Source: Chara braunii (lineage: Eukaryota; Plantae; Charophyceae). From it: a DNA stretch of 64,000 bases. The stretch is from contig BFEA01000031.1 in NCBI GenBank assembly GCA_003427395.1, positions 74,003 to 138,002 on the forward strand, given 5' to 3'. A program made the translations under genes and the position numbers. Of this stretch, positions 1 to 13,200 are shown piece after piece; position 1 is the first letter of the stretch, and every line of letters begins with the position of its first letter. Below the pieces are notes generated by a model. That model saw nothing but the letters and a program-made list of their open reading frames with translations. It did not search any database and was not told where the DNA came from.

Positions 1-78
<78 letters not shown>
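1..78. repeat. (GA)n microsatellite
   Basis: Pure GA dinucleotide run from the window edge. Confidence 0.98.
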
Positions 79-81
<3 letters not shown>

Positions 82-714
82 GGCGGAGGAACAGAGGGAG
101 AGAAGGCAAGGCCTTCCTCCCCGGTACGTGATCCGTTAGCTATGGCACGGCAGGGGCCGCTGTGCTGCTTCCTTCTCACCGCTGTACTCGCCTTCTCCTC
201 GCTGGCCATTGTGCTGCTTCCTTCTCGCCGCTGTACTCGCCTTCTCCTCAGTGCTCAGGCTAACGCTGCTCGCGCTGCGCTAATCCTGCTAACGCTGTAA
301 TGCTGCGCTAATCCTGAAGACTAATGTCCTATCTCGTCTAACCTACCAACTGAGGCTGGTACCCAGCTGATATAGTGCTGGGTCGGCCTCAGTCCTACTG
401 AGGTCCTTCGGGTCTGGACGGTTGATCAGGCCCAACGGTTCAGATCCGATTTCGGAATCTGAAAATGGGCGCCAACTGCACCGTCGGCTCGGCCTACTGA
501 TGAACCGGTACCTGGCCTAAACGAACTAGCCGTTGGGTCTGGTGGGGTCTAAACGAGGCCTACCGAACCCTAAGCTGAACCGACGGGTCCTAGGCCTACC
601 TGGACCTAAACTGGGCCCGGCGTGACCTGTACCTAGGCCTAAACTGTGCCTATTTCATAACCGGGCCCTAACCGGGGCCCGTGTGGTATCAGTATGCCAC
701 TCATTCCTCCCCTT
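79..714 (-). mobile_element. 3' LTR (about 79-703) and polypurine tract (704-714) of chromovirus A
   Basis: On the minus strand the pol stop (725) is followed by AAGGGGAGGAA and then TG. The far LTR boundary is uncertain because it abuts the GA run. Confidence 0.6.
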
Positions 715-724
715 GAAGACCGAG

Positions 725-3700
725 CTAACTGCGAGGGCGAAGCTGTCTGTCCGTTGTCCGTACGGGGCGGGCAGGTTGGGCAGCTTCCTTAGCAAGTCGC
801 CGTTTTTCGTAATGCGCGAAGATGAGGGGTGATGTCGCCTTCATGTCAGCTCGTGAAATCCAGCGTGTGTCATTAGGATCGCATTGCTTGAATGTAACTT
901 TGTACTGCATTAGCTTGTTGCCATGCTTGCGATGAGTGAGAACGCGGTCAACCTCCTGGTGACCATCCATTGAAGGAGGGTTGTGTGACCGTCTGCCCGG
1001 GAAGTCCGCTGAGGAGGCTGGAGTGTAGACCGCCAGCTTTGAAGCGTGAAATATCAGGTGGACCGTCAAATGCGGGGGAATCTCGATTATGAAAGATGGA
1101 CCCGCGGGGCTGTCGCCAGCTGCTAAAGTGACCTTCCATGGCACAAACCACTTAGGGAGGAGCTTGCGCGAGACGTTCTGCTCGAGCGCAAATTCCTCGG
1201 GGGTGACCCAAACCATGTCGCCAGCGCAGATTGGACATGGGATGCAGCGCCTGTTCGCTTGCTGCTGCATACGGACCTGAGCCTTTTGCATGTTTGTGCG
1301 GGCTTTGGCCAGCAGTTCTCTATACTTCCATGTAGAAGCGGGGGAGCAAGAGGCGTCGATATCGGCAACCCGTGGAAGCAAAATGTCTGCGAAGATACGT
1401 CCTTTCTGTCCACCGAGATGTAATTCGAATGGAGTCACGCCAATCGCCGGGTGCACGAAAGTGTTGTAGGCAAACTCGATGTCAGGAAGGCGGCCAACCC
1501 AGTCCTTCTGATCCGAGCGGATGAGTGTGCAGAGCATCATCTGTGCAGTTTTGTGCGCACATTCCGTTTGCCCATCCGTTTGAGAATGATGTGCGGAACT
1601 CGGTTTCATGCTGGTGCCGGATTCCACCATGAATGTCGTTCAAAAGGCTGACATGAAACGAGTGTCGCGGTCGCTAACGATGTCTTCCGGAACGTCGTGG
1701 CTGCAAAACCAGCCGGTATGCAAAAGTCATGCGAGCTCAGGAGCCGTCGCATGATACTTGCACGAAAGAAATCAAGCGTACGTTCAACGACCGTGAGAAT
1801 ACCATCACGAAGGCGATCACGAGGGAAAGGACCGGTCACATCCATAGCAATGGAAAGATCTGGTTCCTGAGGAATCGGCAATGGTTTCAGTTCGCCGTAC
1901 GGAGGTTGATGGTGCTCTTTGTTCCGGTGGCAAACTGCGCACGACTGAATGTACCAGTTGACGTCGCTGATGATGTTCGGCCAGTGAAATCGCTGGCGGA
2001 GTCGGGCAAGTGTGCGTGCGACGCCAAGGTGTCCCACCAACCGGGAATCATGGTATTCGCCAAGGAGGCGAGTGCGCAAGATGCGGTCTTGGGGAACACA
2101 CAACAAGTCATTACCTCGTGTATGAAGAAACAAGTAGTCGTCAACAATGCGGTAATTGTTTGTCGGCGGTTGATCCGATGATAAGTCCGCATAGAGTGTG
2201 GAGAATCCCGGATCCGGCTTGTAGTCGTTTATGACATGTTGTTGCAGGTCCTCGCCGAGGCCGGATGTGGAGTGCACCAATGCGCAAAGATCAGGTCTTC
2301 GCGAGAGAGCATCCACTGCCTTGTTCGAGGAGCCCGGTATATGCTTGGAGGTGAAGTCGAACTGGTCAATGAAGTACATCCACCGACCGATCGTGTTGCT
2401 CACCGTGTCTTGCGTCTTGTAATAAGTCAACGGATTGTTGTCCGTTGCCCACGTGAATCGCCGATGCCCGAGGAGAAAGTGACGCCAACACTTAAGTACG
2501 GTGACAAAAGCTAGCAGTTCCTTCTTCCTTTCATCATCAAGAGTATTGATGGGCGGCACATTTTGGCTAAAGTACTCAACCGAATTCCAGTCTGTGCCGT
2601 CATGCTGTTCCGAAATCGTGCCAATGCCGTAGCCGGAAGCGTCCGTAGTCACTTTGGTAGGCAAGGTCGGATCAAAGAGGCTTAAGACGGGAGCTTGGAG
2701 CAAAGTCGTGTTCGGTGTATGGAACTCGTGTTGGGCTTCGTCATTGAACTCGAAAGGCACCAAGGGGGACTGAAGTCGCGACAATGGTGCAGCGATCCGT
2801 TGAAAACCTTTGACGAAGCGCATATAATATGATGCTAAGCCAAGAAAGGAGCGGACGTCGGTAGTACACTTGAGGTCTGACCAATCTTGAATGACTTGTA
2901 CTTTGTCCGCGAGCGGACGAATGCCTTGCAGCGTAACGTAATGGCCGAAGTACTCCAACTCTTGCTGAGTTGCTGGGCAAACTCGCACTTGTCGCGGTTT
3001 GCCTTGTACTTGGCGATACGGAGCCGCTCCAAAACGGCGCGAAGGTGTTCGAGGTGCTCGTCTAGCGACCGTCTATAAACCAATATATCATCGAGGTAAA
3101 TGAGTACGGTGTGGTTGAGCAGGTCACGGAATTTCGTCGTCATTGCCGCTTGGAAAGTAGCCGGGGCATTGGTGTGACCGAAAAGCATGACGATCCACTC
3201 AAAGTGCCCATACCACGTCTTGAATGCGGTTTTGTACCGATCTTTTGGCTGGATCTCAATCTGGTGATATCTTGAGGTCAAGCTTCGAGAAGTACTTGGC
3301 GCCGCCTAGTTGCTCGAGAAGATCATCGATCCGAGGGAGAGGGCCGACGTTCGTGATTGTTTGCACGTTAAGTTTTCGATAGTCGATGCACAAACGAAGA
3401 CCCTTGTTCTTCTTCCAGACTAAGAGAACGGGAGCACCGTATGGCGAACAGCTAGGGCGAATCCATCCCTTGGCCAAGAGGTCATCTAGTTGTGCCCGAA
3501 GCACTTGAAGTTCCTCTTCCCTCATGCGGTACATACATCCGCGCGGAGGTACGGCGCCGTCCTGGAGAGTGATCTCGTGGCGTATGGGCCGATCCGGTAC
3601 GACTCCGGCGGGATCTTGGAAAACATCCTCATAGCTGTCCAAAAACTCAATGATGCGTGGGTCCGATGTGTCCGTCTTGGGCTGATCATCCGGTGGGAGG

Positions 3701-4065
3701 GCGTGAAGAAAACATATGCCCATCTCCTCGATGTCGTTCTGCCGGATGGATTGGCGAATGCTCGTCGCGGAGACCACGTGGCAACCAATCGAAAGATGAG
3801 GAAGTGGCACCGTACACGGGACTAGTTCGCCACGCTGATAACGAACGTGAACGGTGCATCGATAAAAGTTCATCGGATGGTCTTCGCTTTGCAGCCACGA
3901 CATGCCTAAGATCATATCGAATGACACGGTCTGGCATGCTAGCGGGGCAAAGTACACAGGCACGAAGTCAACGCAACGGTCGATTGACTTTTTCGTGTGA
4001 CCATCGGCCACCGTGATGTGCGTAGGCTGACTTTTCCTTCAAACGCGCGGGCCTAGCCCGGTACG
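725..4065 (-). pseudogene. Degenerate Ty3/Gypsy chromovirus pol (PR end-RT-RNaseH-INT-chromodomain), interrupted at 4066/4067 by another LTR
   Basis: [10 protein letters not shown] (protease end), [11 protein letters not shown] and IYLDDILV (RT), TDASGYGIG (RNaseH), H..H..C..C zinc finger, TDGQTE and FHASKL (integrase), QYKVTF (chromodomain). Split over frames by frameshifts and stops. Confidence 0.95.
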
Positions 4066-4066
4066 T

Positions 4067-6740
4067 TGTCGAGCGCTTTGGTCCGGCACCGCACAGGGCA
4101 GCGCGGGACCCTCCTGGCCGCGTCACGCAGGAGGTGGTCTAAATCCTCGTCGCGAATATACATGGAGCTTCCGCAAGCCGCTCCGGCCAAGTGCGCCAGC
4201 CATACCTCTCGCGATCCCCTACGACAGGATAGGGCCTACGCGAGGCACGACTTACCTCCACCTTACGGGAGTTATCACCTCCCTTCAGTTGGCGTATCCC
4301 TGCTGAGCTACCAGTCGACAGTACGAAAGCTGATAAGTTGCAATCGCAGAGGTGGACCAGCTAAGGGTGTTTCTAGTTCGTTGTCGCATAGGGGGTACGC
4401 ACGGTATTACTCCTCTATCGAACCCGCACACGAATCGGCATCTTGGGGGGCTGAGGTCCCAAGCGCGACTCATCGCCGGTCGACTAGGACGCATCCCACA
4501 CGCCACGCGCACACCACTATAAAGAACATAAAAGCAAACACACACACACACACACATACATATACGTACACAGAACGACACAGAACAAACAACGCGACAA
4601 CACTCCTAGTCCTTTAGTAGCCATCCCATAACTTTCCGATGAGGAAATCGGATAGGCGTCGCGCGCGAGGCTTAGTATAAAACCGCGCGGACGCAGGGCT
4701 AACTCATATCGACTCGCAATGCAAGCAAACGCAAGAAGTCGCAATGATGGCGTACTATATAGTACCCATACTCATGCGGTCCTCGTTAACCTCGAGGGTC
4801 GCATTCGACATTCAAGTGTCGGGTGACACGCGCCTTGAGGGTTAATCTCTCGACGTTGGACAACCGCCAAGTGCGGTTGAGAACCACACTCTCTTATGCA
4901 CCCTGTGGAGAGTGGGTGGTACACAGGTTCATACCTGTGGTGACAATCCTCTTTTATGACCCTAGAGACCAACTCCACCATCTAGGGACTGAAGAGGAAT
5001 CAAGAGGTTTGATTTTGACGCATGCCAAGGACTACAACGTCCAACCATAGAAACTCGAAAAAGCAAAGGATAAGAGGGAAAGTCTCATTTCCCTCAAAAA
5101 TATAATTTGTTTAACCCTTACGCGCGGTCATTGTAGGCCGCACAAAACATTCAAGACATATATATTCACATATATATAGAGGGTTATTAATATAGGACGA
5201 TCACTTCTCACAGTCACAGTGAGACTCCTCTCAGCCATATGTATATGTATGTGAGCGTAGGCAGTCAAAGCCAAAGTCCGAATCACCAAACATACCTGCA
5301 ATCACATCAAAGATCCAACCAAAAGTTCATGCACTACACGAGGTCAACTTCAACCATTCTCTGCATTCACACCCTTTGCTTTCAGCTATACAAGCCTCAC
5401 TCTTTGTGCAACTCTCAAAATAAAATACTCAGTATTTTTATTTAAATGGTCATTCAAATAAAGTTCGGGCGAAAACACAACAAAACAATTTAAATCACAA
5501 GGCTAAAGCCTTTAGGTTGAGTGGCAGGAGTGGATTGGAGTTGAATCGTAAACTGACGAGTCGACAACCGACCTGTTATCAGTGATAACAAAAGGTGATC
5601 CTTGTAGGATCAAGCTGAATCTATCCCATATTCTAAACCAATCGATTAAGAAGACCAGTAACACAAGACAGACCAATCCCCATACTAAAGTCATAAGTGT
5701 ATAGGGAATACAACTCCATAACACATTCTCATCCAAGATCATTTTACAAGCTAAGCCTGAGCCTGCCTTTAAGCCAGTGTCCAAAGAAAGGTAGCCCCTG
5801 ACAGAATCTCCTCTATAGAGACTGGATCGCCAGAATCGTCACCTGTCAAAATATAATCTACCTCCTCTAAGCTAAAAAAAATTCGGCAATGCTTCCCATA
5901 GGAGAAGTGCCTTTTCAGAATTTATATCAGTCCGAATATGAAAACAAAAATAGTCCTCAATTTTTCAAAGTTCAATTTTGTCTAACTCCCTGAATTAGCA
6001 AAAATTTGGGCAGCACTCCCTTTAGGAAAGGAGACTTCTCAGATTTCTACTAAGCCATATATAAAATTTAGACAAGTTGAACTTTGAAAAGTCAAATTTG
6101 ACTAACTCCTTGGATTTGCAGAAAATTTTGGCAGCGCTCCCGTAGAGAAAGTAGCTCACCAAAATTTATACAAAACCAAGTATAACAAATGATCCCAGAA
6201 AATGCAGAAATTGACCTAAGTAAAATAAAGTTAGCTCAGAAAATGCAGAAATTGAACTAACTCCTATCGCTCTAGCACGTGGTGAGCAACTAAAGCAACT
6301 ACCTGTCAAACTGAAACTCAGACTAAGTAGTAGTCGCACTCAGTCACATGCAGGCCAAACCACAAGGGTAAGTACTCTCACCATCCCCAAGTCAACCTGA
6401 ACAAACAATAGTTCGTAGTCTTTCGGTGATTTATCCCTTTATACCCTGCTTACATAAGGCATAAAGCTAGACCACCCAAACTTATGGAAACCTGCCTAGC
6501 TCAGCCATATACACAAACACAGGGCACAACAACTTTTCTCTTCTTTAGGCATATGACTAGGCCACCCTAGTCGCCCTGAACTGTTTAAGTATCCATATTA
6601 TGTATAACTGTCTGCCCTTAGTCTTATAAGGTAGCATATGACAGAACCGATCAACTTACTTCGAGGTCCAGCCTGCCCCTTCTTACCACAAGTTTATTCT
6701 TAATTAATACTCTCTTCGGTTATGATAAGCTGTAGTCAGA
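4067..6740 (-). mobile_element. Inverted partial copy (3' ~2.7 kb) of the 6.5-kb LTR at 38654-45155
   Basis: Begins TGTCGAGCGC, the reverse complement of the LTR end GCGCTCGACA at 45146-45155. Collinear homology with about 42510-45155. No PBS follows, so this is a solo or 3' LTR inserted in element A. Confidence 0.92.
5870..6180 (-). repeat. Three ~120-bp degenerate tandem units inside the long LTR, each with a GGGAAGCGCTGCCGAAATTTT-like motif
   Basis: Reverse-complement motifs near 5880, 6002 and 6122. Orthologous units at about 43141, 43258 and 43382. Confidence 0.8.
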
Positions 6741-6741
6741 A

Positions 6742-7245
6742 TGTAACGAGTGCGAGGCTGAGGGGGACAGGGAGAGCCGAGGGAGAGGAGAGGGAGAGAG
6801 AGAGAGAGAGAGAGAGTGAGAGCACACACACACACTCACTCACTCGACACGACTGAGGGTCGGACGCAGACACAGTGACAAGGACACAAAGTCGAAGTCT
6901 TGGATTCTGAATGCCCAACAGGAGCAAGTCCCACTGAGTACGAGTACAACAGCTGAACTGGTACGAGACTGGTCCCCGTATTGTACGGGGCACCGGTATA
7001 AGTACCGGGTGTCCGGTACAGTACCGGGGGCAGATCTACAAAAGCCCCGAGGGCAGAACTGCAAAGTGTGGTATTTGAAAGTGGCGCCCGAATTGCAGCA
7101 TGGCGTCAGTTGTCCAAAATCTGATGGTACCAAAGGAGGGGTTAAGAAAAAGGGTGCCAGGTCGAAAACAGGAAGCAACAGAAACAACAAAAAGATGAAC
7201 CAGGGATCGAGCCCTGGTGGAGTCCGTAACACTATCCCCTCCCTC
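6742..7245 (-). mobile_element. 3' LTR (6742-7231, ~490 bp) and PPT (7232-7245) of chromovirus C
   Basis: Minus strand reads GAGGGAGGGGATAG then TGTTACG...CGTTACA, with inverted termini. The insertion point coincides with the end of homology of the long LTR. Confidence 0.85.
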
Positions 7246-7399
7246 TAGAAGGCAACGTCCCGGCTGCCAAAAGTCATGAAGCCATGCTGAAAGCTGTGAA
7301 GGACGGGACGGGGCCGATCACTGGTCAACAAGTCTAAGGAGGAAGAGGGGTATAATGTAGGTGATAAGGCACAGGGTGTGGTGTTGGTGGGCTGTGAAC

Positions 7400-7585
7400 A
7401 GGGCTATCCTACTGGTGGGCTAAGGGTATTGCAGGGAAACAGGATAGTCCTATTGTTGTTCTACAAGGGTGAACAGGGGATAGGGTATTCCTACTGATGT
7501 TCTACAATGGGAAACTAGTAATAGGGTATTCCTATTGATGTTCTACAAGGGTGAACGGGGTATTTCTATTGAAATTCTACAAGGT
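7400..7585. repeat. Degenerate tandem repeat (GGGTATTCCTATTGATGTTCTACAAGG-like) in the 3' UTR of chromovirus C
   Basis: About five imperfect copies. Confidence 0.75.
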
Positions 7586-8339
7586 TATGGGTTGTCAGGG
7601 GATGAAAAATAAAATAAAAGAATTGTATGTTGCAGGTTCGAGGGCACAGTTCACATGTACAAGGGCTGGGGTGTCTGATGGGATCTTGGTACACAGTCTG
7701 AGGTCTGTAATGGGTCAAGGGGTCTGGGGGGGATCTTCAAGTGTCTTGATCAGCAGCAAGAAAGGGGTCTTCGGAGGTCTTGAGCAGGTCCCAAAGTAGG
7801 CAGCAAGGCGGTCTTCAGCGGCTGCGATAGGAGGTAGTCGTAGAGGTAGTCCAAAAGGCCAAAGCCGAAGTGATCAGGTGCGTCCGGTACATGATTAGCA
7901 ATGGAGTCTGATCCGGTAGCAAGGGAGTCGCAGACTGGTACATGGTTCATGTGACAAGTAGTTGCTCCAGGGAGTCTGCGAGGCAGGGTGTCAGCCGTTG
8001 TAGCAGCCTGGTGGCCAATCCAGCTGCATAATCTCCATGAACAGTGATGCAGCAAGCCATCGCCCTTGTGCGCATGCCATTAGATCCTTTATCGCCGGTC
8101 GTCACGCAGGTCCACCAACATTGGACGAGATGGACAAGGAAGTGGAGAGGACGAATGGGGCAAGGCTACGCGAGGAACAACGGGAAATCAGACATCGGTA
8201 AGTGGGTCAAGGGCAAGGGTGGTTGTGGCGGGGATGTGTGTAGCGCAAGGTGGCGAGGTTGTAGCAGGGTTTAAGCAAAGGTTCAGGGTTTAGTCAGGGT
8301 ATGGGCAGGGGGGATAGCAAGGATGCAGGGTGGGAACGA

Positions 8340-8597
8340 TCATAGGCACAGACAAGTCTCATGGCATTCTTAAGATTTTCAAGGGGTTCCTATATTGATT
8401 TTTCGTCAGGGTATCCGGTCCATTTGACTTTGTATTCAATGATTGGTTCCAGATGGTTTGCGACTTGGGTTGTTCTTCTTCCTATGATTGATTCGACTAT
8501 GAATTCTGGTCCAGTGGGAAGCATGATAGATGGAGGTCGAGGATATGGGCAATCAGCGAACTGAGGCGGGGATTCGTTGTCAGGCGGCCACAAGCAG
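8340..8597 (-). pseudogene. Chromodomain at an integrase C-terminus (chromovirus C remnant)
   Basis: EFIVESIIGRR...IEYKVKWTGYPDEKSI*EPLENLKNA. The conserved W codon has become TAG. Confidence 0.88.
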
Positions 8598-8599
8598 TG

Positions 8600-11500
8600 C
8601 GTCGCTTGAAATCTGCGGTTTTGGGGCTTAGGCTGAAAGGCAAGTCCGTGTTTTGACAGTACTCTGGTTCAACCGGGCAGCAAAAATTAGAGGAACTTTA
8701 AGCACCCTTGACTTTGGGCGCTGTGAACCTTACGAGTAGCCCTCAAAGATAGCGAGATGGGTAGAAGCACTCGGCTTATCTGGAGACCGTCATTTCCGGC
8801 CGTTCAGAGAGCTGGACCCGGATTGGCCTGCCGCAGAGAGGCATCGCGGGGACAGACCTCGCCGCAACGTTTTTGCAGCATACGACCGGGGTTGGAATGG
8901 GGCCCCGAATTTTTATCTATTTTAGTACCATAATTAGAGATGGGGGAAAAGGGATTAAGACCAGATAGGGAGAAGGGAAAAACATAATATCCCTTAATTT
9001 CCTTATTTTACACGGCATTTAAAACTAAGGGCGGGATACCCTTGTATTTTATGACCTCGGCAATGAATTTAAAAGCATAGAAAAAGACTAAAAATAGAAA
9101 AAAAGAAAAGAAACAAAAGAAATCCGGTTGTATATATATACTTTCTCGGAATGTAATTTTTGGGAATTTACGCTTGATTTACTTTTTCCAACAATAGAAT
9201 TGAGAAAAAGGAAGAATGATTAAGAACAATGAAAGGGACGGGAAATGATGACAATTGGGAGATGGGCCTAATTTCGCCTTGATTACCTGCCGTCAGCTCT
9301 GACCCCGGAAAGATCATTTTCTCTGGATTCTAACAGTTTTCACTACTGCCGATGGTCGAGATTCCCTACGTCGTTTTTCCTGATTTACTTGTTTACTAAT
9401 CTTACCAAAGATAGGGGGTTCCGAGAGCGAGACTCGCGTGGACAACATGAGGTGGTGCTACTTTGGACCGAAAGTATGGTACTTGGCTCGGTATGGGCAC
9501 ATGGTACGGAGAGGTTCTCTATATGGCTCGGTACCGGGCATATTTCTGGCCCAGCATGAGCTCGGCATCAGCATACTTCAGGTTTGGGGACACTATCGCG
9601 GTTTATTTTCAGGTCCGAGACGGCTACAACAGTTATTACAGCTTCGGCACCATTTGTTTCGGGTTCGGAACCACCACGGCAGTACATTCCAGGTTTGGCA
9701 CCAATACGGCCGTTCATTTCAGGTTCGGTACCGTTGCGGCTATCGAGTTAGATCCGGTACTAGCTCGTCGTCGGCTTGTCTCAGGCCCGGTATTGGTCCG
9801 GGGTCGGCATTGTACAACCTATTCAGGTCCAAAACGGGTACGGTATGCTGCACCGAGTGGGTTTGGTATTTTACTATTCCGGCTCCGATTTGGTATGGTG
9901 TGATGGCCACATTGGTTCGGTACTGTCGCTAGGACAGCATTGGTGCGGCAACCTCGGTCCACTATTGAGAGGGCCGGTAATGACCGCGGGTTCTAATTGA
10001 AACAGTGGCCGTGATGCGGCGCCGCGGGCTAGCGCTTATTTTCAAGCTCGGTACGACGTTGGAATTTCCCTGTGTGCCACTCTGATCTATTTCGAGGCAG
10101 CTGCGGTTTCGCCACGTTGGTTAGTGGCACAACACTAGCGAGTGGCACGTGGTCTGGACCTGCTAGGTCTATAGGCTGGACCTTACCTTGCAGTCGAGAC
10201 ACCAACCGCAGTGGGGACCGAGATGCTGGGGAGCTGAGGCAGGTCGGTTGGCCACAGGCTGCGGATATAGGAAGGGCAACTGGATACCGCTGGCCACTGT
10301 AACTCAGAATGGTTTAGGCTCGGAAAACTGGTTTGGACTCGTACGGTTATTGGTTAGGGATCGACACGTTGCTATATCAGAACGTTGAGGGTTGAGACCA
10401 TACTACCGCAGCCCAGCCTGGTTCGGCGTCACACATTCGATACTAGTCCGACAGGGTGCTGACTGGTCTTTGCTCTTTCCTTACTGGACCAGCGGCGGAA
10501 CTACGGATTGGGAAATAATCGAATACTAACAACGGTCTGCTTTATGGACCTTGGTTCGGGTACCAAAGCAAGAAGGCGCTCCTTTTTCACTACTTGTCAC
10601 ATACCTGAAGTCCTACTATCCCGGTTACAGAGGAGGGGATTGTCAAAGTTGGCTGTAGTGGCGCTCTCTTGAGGCTGCAGCCTTCGGTACCAAGGATATA
10701 GGCGAGCTCAGTGAGACTTGTAGGAGGGAGGGGATTCCACGCATGCAAGGCGTACGCCGCAGATCTGAACATTCGGGCAGAGAGGGAGTCAGCATGCACG
10801 GTGTACCCGGCGTTGTGCGCTGAGGTTGTTACAACGGGGGCGAGCAAGGTGAACCCGCGACCGAAAGCACGGGCCTGAAGCGTACGCACTCGAGCGGATA
10901 CTCCGCGTGTGAGAGGCGGTTGCAGCGGGAGCTGAGCACGTCGAGCTCAACGCTCGTGCACGGGGGCATCCGTTGTTACGTGAGTCTTCCATAGGGTAGC
11001 GCGCCAGGCATCCGCGGCCCACTTGAGCTCGGTTGGCTTACAAGCTTGGGGAACGGGAGGCGCTGTTGAGCGTTCTGGGATGTGCATCACGCGTGCGCCG
11101 CCTGCTGCAGTACGAGATTGGGCTCGCTCAACGGGTGCTCCTTGGGGAGACGCTCAGCGAGGGAAAGCAGGCATCAGGGAGCGGGACAGCTCGCCCGGTG
11201 TGCACAGTCCGTATCAGCGCTACTATCAGTGAGTGGTCCGAGACGAGCCGAGGGCGGCCGGAAAGACACGGCATTGGCGGAGGGAAGATGTCCCAGGTGC
11301 GGAGGAGACGACTGTGATGAGCGGGAGAGAATTTGGACGGAAGAGCTTCCCGCTGAAGTACAAGCGGGAGCTGCACAGTCCGCATCAGCCAAATGGAAGA
11401 GCGTGGAAGGCGCCCCCAACTTCCTGTGATGAACGTGGGACACTCGTATGAAGGCAGAAAACGGAACCCAGATACTCGCTTGGAGGTGAGAAATAGGCGG

Positions 11501-13130
11501 GGACGCATGACTGCGTTCTCCCTCAGCAAGAACATTCGGATAGGCGGGCAACGCACTCGGTGTAGACGCGCAGTTTCGAACTCCGAACCTCTAGGGAGAT
11601 CGAGGGCACGGCGCGTCTCGGGGTAGGCAACAGAGGGATCACCTCGAAAGGTGGAGTGCAGCGGGGCGGGAGATGTGCGGAACTAGCAACAAAGGAGAGG
11701 GAAGTTGGCGCGACAGACTGAAACTTTCTCTAACGGGACGCTCGGCGAAGTTGGACGTGGACAGAACTTGTTACCAGCTGTTACCATATGAAGAGATGAA
11801 CGCTCATCCCTGTTGTTGATGGCTCGAATTCTGGTGGCGAGATGATCTACCTTTCTTGTTGTTGACTGGACCAGCTTCCTTTCACACTACTTTTCCCGCC
11901 GAAGGGGGGGAGAGGCCTTATTTGCAATAGACGGGACACTTGCAGTTGACGAAGTGATCATCCGCTACGCTGTTTGCTTGGACAACCCTTTTTTTTTTTT
12001 TTTCCTTTTATCAGGTACGTGTGACTTTGCTCGATAATGGGCAACACCCAGAGCAGCCTAGGAAGGTTCGGTGCGTGAGAAACTCTTGAGGAAACGTGTC
12101 CGGGGAAGGAGAGAGAAGAGAGGGAGTAAGGGAGACTGTTCAGAGTGCGGGGGAAGGAACATCTTGACAGCGGGAGGTAGGGGAGTGTTTGTGCTGCATT
12201 TCTCCGGTGGTTCTGTGAGGACGAACGCTGGGTACTCAGTGACTAAGGCTCGCTCATAGGCGATACTTGAACCCGAACGTGGCCGGAAGCAACTCCTTCC
12301 CCGTCCTTTGGCCGCCTGATCAACCCAAAGACTCACTTTTCTTTTTGCTGAAACCGCTGTCTTCTGTTCAACGAACCAACCAAGGTCCACCAGTGAGAGA
12401 AAGCCGAGGGAGAGAGTGATCGAAAGGGGAAGAGGAAATGAGAAAGTTAGAGAGGGGAAGGACAGCGAGACGGGAAGTCCAGTGAAGTGCTTGGGGAAGG
12501 GAGATTGAGTAAGCGGAGGCGACGGAGAGGGAGAGTGGAGAAAGTAGCGGGCGAANGGGGGGGGGGGGGGGNCCCCCTTCGCTCTCATTTAATTACCCAG
12601 TTCGTCATTCCCAGCCCTACAATTATTTTATTGTTTAATTGTCAATTCAAATATTTCGTCATGTCCGGTGAATCAAGCATCTTTGTCGTCCAATGCAACT
12701 AACTGTTTCCAGTGATACAAGTCAAGTCTCAATTTGACGATGCACTTGATGATCGGTGCGCGAAAGCTTCGGATGTCTCGCTGTTGTTCCTCATCGTCCT
12801 TCAGGGCTAAGCCTTACTCAGCTTGCTGCAAATCTCACAGCACCTCTTACAAGCGCTTTGCCCGACTCTTTGCACTCACACTGGATTTTTGGACATAGAC
12901 CTGTGTCTGGCGAGTGGTCAGTGTTGTTGAGCATTGCGAAACAGACTGAGTTTCAGGCCGGGAGCACACATGCTCGGAATCCTCCCGGGTGGGAACTCAA
13001 ACAACCAAAGCAGATACTACTTTCCCCTTGCTGGTCGCTGAGGACCTCTGAAGCGAGGACCGTGAAGTGACAGGCATTGTACCCTCTGGCTTCAGCGACG
13101 AACAGGGGCCCCTCCCCGGGTTTCGCCACA
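8600..13130 (+). mobile_element. Putative long (>=4.5 kb) LTR of element E; 5' boundary not resolved
   Basis: Ends ...TTTCGCCACA, four bases before a PBS-like 18-mer, and is complementary to the PBS region. Non-coding, with degenerate CGGTAC/GGTTCGG repeats at 9440-10560. No second copy in the window. Confidence 0.55.
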
Positions 13131-13134
13131 ACTT

Positions 13135-13152
13135 TGGCGACCTTGCCGGGGA
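13135..13152 (+). promoter_or_regulatory. Primer-binding site TGGCGACCTTGCCGGGGA (tRNA-Arg/Asp-like, Ogre/Tat/Athila style)
   Basis: Starts TGG. Resembles Ogre TGGCGACTCYRCTGGGGA and Athila TGGCGCCGTTGCCGGGGA. Follows a CA-ending segment. Confidence 0.7.
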
Positions 13153-13200
13153 GGGGAGCAGCTTAGACGGGGCGAACGGAGGTGGATAGAGTCAAGAACG

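Noticed and set aside
684-692. TGGTATCAG as a plus-strand PBS
   Set aside because: It lies inside the minus-strand 3' LTR next to its PPT, with no plus-strand element downstream.
9438-10000. Track ORFs of 146-164 aa
   Set aside because: They arise from stop-poor degenerate CGGTAC-type repeats, overlap in several frames and have no domain features.
12740-13070. Hammerhead-like cores (TTGATGA..CGAAA; CTGAGGA)
   Set aside because: The required CUGANGA/GAAA/UH arrangement and stems cannot be completed.
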